Assembly (NCBI GenBank): GCA_900317545.1
Contig: ONHE01000056.1
Span: 4,101-68,100, forward strand
Origin: an uncultured Prevotella sp.
GTDB taxonomy: Bacteria; Bacteroidota; Bacteroidia; Bacteroidales; Bacteroidaceae
Direction: 5' to 3'
Length of the DNA stretch: 64,000 bases
In this document: in pieces, positions 8,883-17,139 of the stretch
Position numbering within the stretch: the first letter of the stretch is position 1
How the letters are laid out: the number at the start of each line of letters is the position of its first letter
The notes under the pieces: generated by a model
The model's database searches: none
What the model saw: the letters and a program-made list of their open reading frames with translations, nothing else
What the model was told of the DNA's origin: nothing
Made by a program: the position numbers and the translations under genes

Positions 8883-9953
8883 ATGGAGAAGCGAACAATT
8901 GGTTTTTTCGATAAGTATCTGACAGTCTGGGTGCTGCTGTGCATCGTCGCCGGCATCGCCGTTGGGCGCTTTCTGCCGGGGGTTCCGGCTGTGCTGAGCC
9001 GCATGGAGTATGCGCACGTGAGCATCCCGGTGGCCGTCCTGATCTGGCTGATGATCTATCCGATGATGATGAAGGTCGACTTCCGCAGTGTCAAGGATGT
9101 GGCCCTGCATCCCAAGGGCCTCATGGTGACCTGCGTAACCAACTGGCTCGTGAAGCCCTTCACGATGTTCGCCATTGCCTGGCTGTTTCTTCTTGTCCTC
9201 TTCCGGCCATGGATCCCGTCTGCGTTGGGGGAGGAGTATATGGCGGGAGCGGTGCTGCTCGGGGCGGCGCCCTGCACGGCCATGGTGTTCGTATGGAGCT
9301 ATCTCTCCGGCGGCAACCCCGCCTACACGCTCGTGCAGGTGGCTGTCAACGATCTGATCATCCTCGTCGCCTTTGCCCCGACCGTCGCTTTCCTGTTGGG
9401 AGTGAGCGGTGTCGCTATTCCTTATGCGACGCTCATGATGTCGGTCGTGCTGTTTGTAGTCCTGCCGCTCGTGGCAGGCGTCATCACCAGGACCGCTGTC
9501 ATCCGGCGGAAGGGGAAAGACTACTTTGACCGATCGTTCGTGCATCGCTTCGACCGATATGCGACCATCGGACTGCTCCTGACGCTTGTCATCCTGTTTT
9601 CCTTTCAGGGCCAGACCATCTTGGCCAATCCCTTGCACATTGTGCTGATAGCCGTGCCATTGGTGCTGCAGACCGTTCTCATCTTCGCCTTTGCCTACGG
9701 ATGGTCCTACGTCTGGCGGCTGCCCTATCCGGTAGCTGCTCCTGCGGGTATGATCGGTGCGAGCAACTTCTTCGAGCTGGCTGTTGCGGTGGCCGTCAGT
9801 CTTTTCGGAATAGAGAGCGGAGCCGCGCTGGCAACGACGGTGGGTGTGCTCACGGAGGTACCGGTGATGCTCATGCTGGTCCACATAGCCAAGGTGACGC
9901 GTCGGTATTTTCCTGACCGGCAGGCCACGGCGATGGATCCTGCAACCGACTGA
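8883..9953 (+). CDS. acr3: ACR3 family arsenite efflux transporter
   Basis: FFDKYLTVWV, MIYPMM, NWLVKPF, AAPCTAMV, SNFFELAVAVA, GVLTEVP; ATG at 8883, 2 nt after the arsA stop. Confidence 0.95.
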   Translation: MEKRTIGFFDKYLTVWVLLCIVAGIAVGRFLPGVPAVLSRMEYAHVSIPVAVLIWLMIYPMMMKVDFRSVKDVALHPKGLMVTCVTNWLVKPFTMFAIAWLFLLVLFRPWIPSALGEEYMAGAVLLGAAPCTAMVFVWSYLSGGNPAYTLVQVAVNDLIILVAFAPTVAFLLGVSGVAIPYATLMMSVVLFVVLPLVAGVITRTAVIRRKGKDYFDRSFVHRFDRYATIGLLLTLVILFSFQGQTILANPLHIVLIAVPLVLQTVLIFAFAYGWSYVWRLPYPVAAPAGMIGASNFFELAVAVAVSLFGIESGAALATTVGVLTEVPVMLMLVHIAKVTRRYFPDRQATAMDPATD

Positions 9954-10081
9954 ACCTTGGGATGGCACAGCCGCAGGAGCATGAAGGTCGTGGATGACGT
10001 GAGGGTTCCTGCAGCCGTCGGTGGCATAGGTGAGAGGCGATGCTTTCGTGTCTGTAACCATCTGCATGACAGAGGGTTACG

Positions 10082-10181
10082 CAAAGCATAGTTTTGGACC
10101 GTCCAAAGCATAGCTCTCGGCCGTCCAAAGCATAGCTTTCGGCGCCCTAAAGGATAGCTCCGCGCGAGCGATATCATAGCT
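10082..10181. repeat. Degenerate 22-bp tandem repeat (about 4.5 units)
   Basis: CAAAGCATAGTTTTGGACCGTC / CAAAGCATAGCTCTCGGCCGTC / CAAAGCATAGCTTTCGGCGCCC / TAAAGGATAGCTCCGCGCGAGC. Confidence 0.85.
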
Positions 10182-10329
10182 GTGTGCAGGACGCCTGCGG
10201 GAGGCGGCCCAACCGGAATTATTTTGCCCGTCAGCCGGATCAATCATCGGTGATTGACACAGATGTTACAAAATGAGGACAAAACATAAAAAAGAAAACA
10301 GAATATATACAGGTTTGGAATTATTTTCG

Positions 10330-10337
10330 TAATTTTG
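10330..10337 (+). promoter_or_regulatory. -7 promoter element for the RND operon
   Basis: TAATTTTG about 45 nt upstream of the ATG at 10382. Confidence 0.55.
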
Positions 10338-10381
10338 AAGCCGAATTCTAATATCATTTGGCGCTTGTGGCGCAGAAGAGT

Positions 10382-13300
10382 ATGCTTGAGAAAATTATCC
10401 GCTTCAGTTTAAAGTTCAAGCTGATCGTCATTCTTTTTACGTTGACGATCGTAGGCTTTGGCATCTTCTCGGTGTTCAACATTCCCGTTGGCGCCGTTCC
10501 TGACATCACCAACAATCAGGTGCAAGTGATCACCACGTCGGGCAATCTGTCGACGCAGGAGATCGAGCAGTTTATCACCGCACCGGTCGAACTTGAGATG
10601 GCCAACCTGCCTGGGGTAAAGGAGATCCGGTCGGTCTCCAAGTTCGGGCTTTCCGTTGTGACCATCGTCTTCGAGGAGCGCATGGGGACTTTTCTGCCGC
10701 GGCAGCTGATCGCGGAGAAGATCAAGTCAGCTTCGGCCAACATTCCCGAAGGTTTCGGCGAGCCGGAGATGGGCCCCATTACCACCGGATTGGGTGAGAT
10801 CTACCAGTATACGTTAGACGTGAAGCCCGGATATGAGAAGCGCTATTCGCCCATGGACCTGCGCACCATCCAGGACTGGATCGTGAAGCGGCAGCTGTCG
10901 GGCATCAAGGGCGTGGTCGAAGTCAACAGCTGGGGTGGTTTCCTCAAGCAATACGAGGTGGCGATTGACCCCCTCAGGCTACAGGCCTTGAATGTCACGC
11001 TGATGGATGTGTTCAATGCGCTGTCGGCCAACAATAGCATCTCCGGAGGCGGCTACATCGAGAAGCAGTCAGAAAGCTATTTCATCCGGGGCGATGCACA
11101 GGTGAAAAGCCTCAAGGAAATTGAGAACATCGTGGTCCGGAATCGTGACGGGGTGCCCGTATTGGTGCGCGACATCGGAAAGGTACACTTCGGCTACGCC
11201 AATCGCTTCGGTGCGATCACCGCCAATGGAGAGGGCGAAAAGGTCTTCGGACAGATCATGATGCTCAAGGATGCGAACTCGAAGGAGGTCATACGCGATG
11301 TGAAAGCCCGTGTGGCTGAAGTGCAGAAGACGCTTCCCGAGGGCGTCTACATCAATCCAGTGCTTGAGCGAAGCGAACTCATCAGCAAGACCTCGATGAC
11401 CGTCTTCGAGAACCTGCTCTTCGGATGTCTCATCGTTTTCGTAGTCGTCCTGCTGCTCTTGGGCAACCTCCGTTCGGCTTTAGTCATTTCGTCGATGATC
11501 CCGCTTGCCCTGTTTTTCACGCTCTCGATGATGTACATCTTCGGCATTGACGCCAATCTGATGAGCTTGGGTGCCCTCGATTTCGGTATCATCATCGACG
11601 GGGCGGTGATCATTGTCGAGTTTGTCGGTGTCGCCCTGCTCTCCCGCCGGAAGGAATTGGCAGAGCTGCACGGTGAAGACCGGCAGCGGCTGATGAACCG
11701 CATCACCTACGAAGGCGCCACCAAGATGATGCACTCGGCCATCTTCGGGCAGATGATCATCCTGATCGTGTTCATTCCGATCCTCTCCCTGCAGGGCGTG
11801 GAAGGCAAGATGTTCCGCCCGATGGCCCTTGCGTTCAGCTTTGCGATACTCGGCGCCATGTTCCTGTGCCTCACCTGGCTCCCTGTGATCATCTCCCTCT
11901 TCCTCAAACCGAGTCATATCACCAAGCGGAACATCTCAAAGCAGATCATCAAAATAGCCACCTTGACCTATCTTCCGGTGATGAAGTGGTCCATTAAGCA
12001 TAAGCGCGTCGTGCTTTCCATGTCGCTGGCATCGTTGATCTTTTCCGTTGTTCTGCTCATGAACATGGGAGGCGAGTTCATCCCGACGCTCGATGAGGGC
12101 GACTTTGTTATCCAGCCGGCCCTGAAGACCGGAACCTCCCTGTCAAAGACTGTGGAGCTCACGACGCAGATGGAGAAGATTCTGAAGCGCCAGTTCCCAG
12201 AGATTCAGCAGGTCGTGTGCCGCATCGGCGCGGCCGAGGTGCCCACTGACCCGATGTCGATGGAGGAGATCGACATGATCATTAAGCTCAAGCCCAAAGA
12301 TCAATGGGTCACGGCCAAGACGAAAGCGGAACTGGCCGACCGGTTTAAGAAAGCCCTGTCGGTCATCCCGGGCGTTGATTACGAGTTCACGCAGCCCATC
12401 CAGATGCGCTTCAATGAGCTCATCACCGGTGTGCGGTCGGACATTGCGATCAAGGTGTTCGGCGAAGACCTCGACTATTTGAACGAGAAGGCCGTGGAGA
12501 TCAAGTCGCTTGTGCAGAAGATTCCCGGTGCGGCCGATGTCATCTTGGAGAAGACAACGGGCCTGCCCCAGATGAATGTGAAGTACAACCGGGACAAGAT
12601 CGCCGCCTACGGCGTGGAGGCCCGGACGCTCAACGACTATCTGGCGATCGCCTTTGGCGGTAAGGCAACGAACAGCGTATTCGAAGGGGAGAAACGCTTC
12701 GACCTGGTCGTGCGGTTGGATAAGAATTACAGACGGGACATCGACAACATCAGACAGCTGCAGGTGCCGTTGCCCAATGGGCGTATGGTGCCCTTGTCCG
12801 AGTTGGCCGACATCACCCTGACCACTGGCCCGGCGAAGATTTCGCGTGAGAATACCCACAGGCGCGTCGTGGTCAGCGTGAATGTCCGCAACCGCGACTT
12901 GAAGTCGGTTGTGAAGGATATACAGGCCGTGATCGACCGGAAAGTACGCTTCAAGCCGGGCACGTATGTCAAATATGGCGGTCAGTTCGAGAACCTCCAG
13001 AATGCCACCAACAGGCTTATCTTCGCCGTTCCGATCGCCTTGGCGCTCATCTTCATTTTCCTCCACTTTGCTTTCAAGTCGATGAAAGACACCATCATGA
13101 TCTTCACCGCCGTTCCCTTATCTGTCGTCGGCGGCATCCTCGCACTTTGGATCCGGGGCATGTCATTCAGCATCTCGGCCGGTGTGGGATTCATAGCGCT
13201 GTTCGGTATAGCCGTGCTCAACGGCATCGTATTGATCGAACACCTCAAGCATCTGTATTATACGGGCATGAAAGACCTGCGCCAGCTGATCCTCACTGGC

Positions 13301-14725
13301 GCCACCGACCGCCTGCGTCCGGTGATGCTGACAGCTGCAGCTGCCGCGATGGGATTTTTCCCGATGGCCGTCTCGACCGGCTCCGGTGCAGAGGTGCAGC
13401 GTCCGTTGGCCACGGTCGTCATCGGCGGACTGATCACCTCGACCATGCTGACGATGATTGTGCTGCCGCTGCTGTTCATGTTGTTCCATGATGAAGAAGG
13501 TTTAAAATATAAGTTCGTGCGTCTCTTTAAATCCAAGAATTTCCTTTTGCCGTTGCTGTTTGTCGTCTCTGCCGGAGCCGCGCATGCACAGTCGGTGGAG
13601 CTGACACTTGACGAGGCTGTCAGGCAGGCCCTCGCCAACAACCGTGAATATAAAGCCTGCCAGCTGAAAGTGGAAGAGAAAAAAGCCATAGCCGCCAATC
13701 GTTTCGAGCTCGAAAAGACCAAGTTCTATTACGGGTTCGATCAGGCGAACATGGCGGAGAACGGCTCTCCGCTCCACACGGTCGGCGTCGAGCAGACGTT
13801 CCCGTTCCCTACGGTCTATGCGGCCCAGAACCGTTCGAAGCAGATAGAGGTCGCCATGGCCGAGTCGGATCTGCAACAGCAACGCCTGATGCTGACCAAG
13901 CAGGTGTCGGCAGCCTACTTCCAAGTCCGCTTCCTCAACGCCAAGCTCGGTTTCTATCAGCGCTTGGACAGCCTCTACAGGGTGCTCGACAAGAGCGCCA
14001 AGACGCGCTATCGGCTGGGCGATATCAGTCAGTTGGACCAGATGAACGCGGAAGCGAAGATGAGGCAGGTGGCCTTGGAGCTCGGTCAACTCCACTTCGA
14101 CATTGACAATGCCTATAAGACGCTGGCCGCACTGATGCAGACCGACGCGCCCATCTGCATCGGGAACGGGGAAATAGAGGTCATCCCGGTCACCGTGCCC
14201 GATCTCACCCGCCACGTCAGCCTGCAGGGATTGCACCTGCAATCTGATTACATCGACTCGAATATCCGCATCGAGAAGCGGCGGCTCCTGCCCGATTTCA
14301 CCCTCAGCTACTTCTATGCCAACAACACCCAGAAAAACCATCGGGGCTACAATGGGGTTGAGGTCGGCATCAGCATTCCGCTCTACACGGGAGCCCAGAA
14401 GGCCCGGATAAAGGCGGGACAGATAGCCCGGCAGGCCAACGAGGCGGTCATCGACAACCGGCTCATACAGTTGGAGAGCAAATATAAGCAACTGCGAAAC
14501 GAGCTCGAAAAGCATCGCACGGCAATAGACTTCTATCAGACCACAGGCCGGAAACTGAGCGATGAGATCAACAGATCGGCCACGAAGAGCTATCAGGCTG
14601 GTGCCATCGACTTCTATCAGTTTGCCATCAGCATCGAAAATGCGATGAAACTGCAACTCGACTATTGTCAGGCCGTGGCGGCCTACAACCAGATAGCATT
14701 GGAAATCAATTATATGACTTTATAA
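10382..14725 (+). CDS. CusA/CzcA family heavy-metal RND transporter fused to a C-terminal TolC-like outer membrane efflux domain
   Basis: AVPDITNNQVQV, NLMSLGALDFGIIIDGAV, RLRPVMLTA, QRPLATVVIGG; then about 400 aa starting LTLDEAVRQALANN (OEP-like). Confidence 0.93.
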   Translation: MLEKIIRFSLKFKLIVILFTLTIVGFGIFSVFNIPVGAVPDITNNQVQVITTSGNLSTQEIEQFITAPVELEMANLPGVKEIRSVSKFGLSVVTIVFEERMGTFLPRQLIAEKIKSASANIPEGFGEPEMGPITTGLGEIYQYTLDVKPGYEKRYSPMDLRTIQDWIVKRQLSGIKGVVEVNSWGGFLKQYEVAIDPLRLQALNVTLMDVFNALSANNSISGGGYIEKQSESYFIRGDAQVKSLKEIENIVVRNRDGVPVLVRDIGKVHFGYANRFGAITANGEGEKVFGQIMMLKDANSKEVIRDVKARVAEVQKTLPEGVYINPVLERSELISKTSMTVFENLLFGCLIVFVVVLLLLGNLRSALVISSMIPLALFFTLSMMYIFGIDANLMSLGALDFGIIIDGAVIIVEFVGVALLSRRKELAELHGEDRQRLMNRITYEGATKMMHSAIFGQMIILIVFIPILSLQGVEGKMFRPMALAFSFAILGAMFLCLTWLPVIISLFLKPSHITKRNISKQIIKIATLTYLPVMKWSIKHKRVVLSMSLASLIFSVVLLMNMGGEFIPTLDEGDFVIQPALKTGTSLSKTVELTTQMEKILKRQFPEIQQVVCRIGAAEVPTDPMSMEEIDMIIKLKPKDQWVTAKTKAELADRFKKALSVIPGVDYEFTQPIQMRFNELITGVRSDIAIKVFGEDLDYLNEKAVEIKSLVQKIPGAADVILEKTTGLPQMNVKYNRDKIAAYGVEARTLNDYLAIAFGGKATNSVFEGEKRFDLVVRLDKNYRRDIDNIRQLQVPLPNGRMVPLSELADITLTTGPAKISRENTHRRVVVSVNVRNRDLKSVVKDIQAVIDRKVRFKPGTYVKYGGQFENLQNATNRLIFAVPIALALIFIFLHFAFKSMKDTIMIFTAVPLSVVGGILALWIRGMSFSISAGVGFIALFGIAVLNGIVLIEHLKHLYYTGMKDLRQLILTGATDRLRPVMLTAAAAAMGFFPMAVSTGSGAEVQRPLATVVIGGLITSTMLTMIVLPLLFMLFHDEEGLKYKFVRLFKSKNFLLPLLFVVSAGAAHAQSVELTLDEAVRQALANNREYKACQLKVEEKKAIAANRFELEKTKFYYGFDQANMAENGSPLHTVGVEQTFPFPTVYAAQNRSKQIEVAMAESDLQQQRLMLTKQVSAAYFQVRFLNAKLGFYQRLDSLYRVLDKSAKTRYRLGDISQLDQMNAEAKMRQVALELGQLHFDIDNAYKTLAALMQTDAPICIGNGEIEVIPVTVPDLTRHVSLQGLHLQSDYIDSNIRIEKRRLLPDFTLSYFYANNTQKNHRGYNGVEVGISIPLYTGAQKARIKAGQIARQANEAVIDNRLIQLESKYKQLRNELEKHRTAIDFYQTTGRKLSDEINRSATKSYQAGAIDFYQFAISIENAMKLQLDYCQAVAAYNQIALEINYMTL

Positions 14726-14750
14726 CGTAAAACGCTTGAACGTGATGAAT

Positions 14751-15866
14751 ATGAAAAAGCTGAGTTATGCACTGATGTCCTTTCTCGTCGTCATGACAGC
14801 CTTCTCCTGCGGCGGGAAGAAGTCTCCTGAACCGGCACAAGACGAGGAGGAACTGATAGAGATCACACCCGAACAATTCAAAAACAGCGGGATGGCATTG
14901 GGGATGCCCGCACAGAAGACGTTCGCGGAGAGGGTCGCCTGTAAGGGATATATCTCCGCACCGGCCAATGCCATGTCGAAGATCAGCCCGTCCATAGCCG
15001 GAAAGGTCAATGCCATCTACTTCAAGATAGGCGACTATGTGCAGAAGGGACATACGGTGGCTACCATCTCGGGCAACGAATTTATGGACCTGCAGCAGCA
15101 GTTTGCCGAATCGGCTGCCGCATTCACCAAAGCTAAGCTCGACTATGAGCGTGCCAGCGCGCTATGGGCCGAGAAGATAGGAGCTGAAAAGGACTTCCTC
15201 ACCGCCAAGAGCATCTTTCTCAGCACGAAGGCCAGCTATCAGTCGCTCCGGTCACGGATCGTGGCCCTGAACCTCAATCCGTCAGGCATCGAGCGTGGGA
15301 GGATGTACACCTCGTTCCCGGTGGTGGCTCCCATCTCGGGCTATCTGACCAAGACGAATGCCGTCATCGGCCAGTTCGTCAGCATGGCTGACGACATCGC
15401 TGAGATCGTCAATGTCTCCGGACTGCAACTGAAACTGCAGGTCTACGAGACTGACATTGACCGACTGAAGGTCGGACAGACGGTGCAGTATCAGCGCGCT
15501 GAAAATCCCGGAAACCTGCAGTCGGCGCGCCTCGTGAGCATCGGCAAGACGATTGACCCGGAGAGCAAGACCATCGACTGCATGGCTGCCATCGACAAGT
15601 CGGCCGGGGCGCTACTCATCAACGATAGCTATGTAGAAGCAGCGGTCGTGGTCAATCAGTTCACGGCCAACGCCTTGCCCGCAACGGCCGTTCAGAAGCA
15701 GGGCAACGAATACTTTGTCTTTGTCGTTGAGAAGCGGAAAGGCAGCAGCTACATGCTCCGGAAGATGCCGGTGAGCGTGGGACACGCCGAAAGAGACTAC
15801 GTCGAAATCACGACCCCGCTGCCCGACAAGGAGATTGTGGTCCGAGGGATCGACACCCTTCAATAG
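14751..15866 (+). CDS. RND efflux periplasmic adaptor (membrane fusion lipoprotein)
   Basis: Lipobox FSC; lipoyl motifs GKVNAIYFKIGDYVQKG and APISGY..G; start could also be 14745. Confidence 0.92.
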   Translation: MKKLSYALMSFLVVMTAFSCGGKKSPEPAQDEEELIEITPEQFKNSGMALGMPAQKTFAERVACKGYISAPANAMSKISPSIAGKVNAIYFKIGDYVQKGHTVATISGNEFMDLQQQFAESAAAFTKAKLDYERASALWAEKIGAEKDFLTAKSIFLSTKASYQSLRSRIVALNLNPSGIERGRMYTSFPVVAPISGYLTKTNAVIGQFVSMADDIAEIVNVSGLQLKLQVYETDIDRLKVGQTVQYQRAENPGNLQSARLVSIGKTIDPESKTIDCMAAIDKSAGALLINDSYVEAAVVVNQFTANALPATAVQKQGNEYFVFVVEKRKGSSYMLRKMPVSVGHAERDYVEITTPLPDKEIVVRGIDTLQ

Positions 15867-16002
15867 TGTGAATGGAACTTTTTGGAAAAGCATAAGTTTG
15901 AAATATTGTCCGCAAAGGATAGTTCCGCACCGCCTATATGACGGAAAAGTAAAAAACGCATGTCTGCTCCCGGCGGAAGGGAACAGAAAAAGGTGATTGC
16001 CA

Positions 16003-16287
16003 ATGCTGAAAGTTATCACTGTCATGCTTGTCGGGATCATGCTCGGGAGACGGTTGAAGGATCGGAAAATGCCGTTCCTTCAAACGCTGATTCTGTTGCT
16101 CATCTGGTTGCTCCTGTTCCTTCTCGGTCTGCAGGTAGGGCACAACCATGCGCTCATCGCAGGCATGGCAAAACTCGGAGGCGAGGCTTTCGTTCTCACG
16201 GTCTGCAGCCTGGCGGGCAGCTTGACATTGGCCTGGCTGCTCTGGAGATACATTCAGAAGCGGAGGGAGACAAGAGATGAGGGGTAG
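16003..16287 (+). CDS. LysO/DUF340 family transporter, N-terminal half
   Basis: Three TM helices, LIWLLLFLLGLQVG; overlaps the start of the next gene. Confidence 0.8.
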   Translation: MLKVITVMLVGIMLGRRLKDRKMPFLQTLILLLIWLLLFLLGLQVGHNHALIAGMAKLGGEAFVLTVCSLAGSLTLAWLLWRYIQKRRETRDEG

Positions 16288-16879
16288 TCTGACCATATTG
16301 GCCTGCTTTGTGATCGGTGTCTGTTGCGGACTGACCGACTGGCTGCCGACGGCATGGGCCGAAGGCGACGTCAGTTTTGTGGCCCTCTGCGCCCTGATGT
16401 TCTGCGTGGGGCTGACAATAGGAGCCGACAGTGACATCCTGACCAAGTTCAGGTCGCTTGACCGCCGGATGATGCTCCTGCCCGTGCTGACCATCCTCGG
16501 CACCTTGGGAGGAAGTGCGATGGCCGCCCTCTTTCTCGATCACCGGTCCGTTGCCGATTGTCTTGCAGTCGGGTCTGGGATGGGCTACTATTCGCTCTCC
16601 AGCATCTTCATCACCCAATACCTTGGTGCCGAGTTAGGGACGGTAGCGCTGCTGTCCAATATCATGCGTGAGATACTGACGCTGCTCCTCGCTCCCGTCA
16701 TGGCGAGATATCTCGGCCGACTGGCCCCGATCTCTTCTGCCGGTGCCACGAGTGCCGACACCACATTGCCCGTCATCACAGCAAGCTGCGGACAGGAATA
16801 TGCCGTGCTGTCTGTCTATCATGGCTGTCTGACCGACTTCAGCGTGCCTTTCCTCGTCACTTTCTTCTGTTCGCTCTGA
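16277..16879 (+). CDS. lysO: LysO family lysine exporter, C-terminal half
   Basis: GSGMGYYSLSS, LSNIMRE, GATSADTTLP. Confidence 0.88.
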   Translation: MRGSLTILACFVIGVCCGLTDWLPTAWAEGDVSFVALCALMFCVGLTIGADSDILTKFRSLDRRMMLLPVLTILGTLGGSAMAALFLDHRSVADCLAVGSGMGYYSLSSIFITQYLGAELGTVALLSNIMREILTLLLAPVMARYLGRLAPISSAGATSADTTLPVITASCGQEYAVLSVYHGCLTDFSVPFLVTFFCSL

Positions 16880-17016
16880 CCGGAGCCTCGCTGCATCACC
16901 TCCTAAGCGATTTTTCCGCCCTTGTTTCCTTGGCCGACAAGCAATGAGCGAGATTGTCCGTGACAGGGCGGTCGCCCGACGAGAACGCTGATGGTCAGCC
17001 CCAAGGCAAAGGGCCA

Positions 17017-17093
17017 CATTTACCCCGAATCGGTCATGAGGTAGTGCTGCCACATTTTCAGTTCAGACGCTCATGACCGATAAGGGGTAAATG
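17017..17093. repeat. 24-bp imperfect inverted repeat between convergent genes
   Basis: CATTTACCCCGAATCGGTCATGAG and CTCATGACCGATAAGGGGTAAATG (2 mismatches, 29-nt spacer). Confidence 0.75.
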
Positions 17094-17139
17094 GTTAATG
17101 GGAACACGTGAAAATTAGGAGAGACTTACAGCGAGCATC

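Noticed and set aside
8748-10067. 439-aa minus-strand ORF
   Set aside because: Antisense shadow of acr3 caused by GC-rich codon bias.
10082-10181. Possible CRISPR array (also 40181-40246)
   Set aside because: Contiguous 22-bp units with no unique spacers, and no cas genes.
12143-14656. Long minus-strand ORFs (307 and 384 aa)
   Set aside because: Antisense to the well-supported RND gene.
4389-16879. Resistance block as a mobile island
   Set aside because: No integrase, transposase, tRNA target or flanking direct repeats are visible.
16003-16879. Split LysO as a frameshifted pseudogene
   Set aside because: Each half has its own start, and the two-gene form is common in Bacteroidales.
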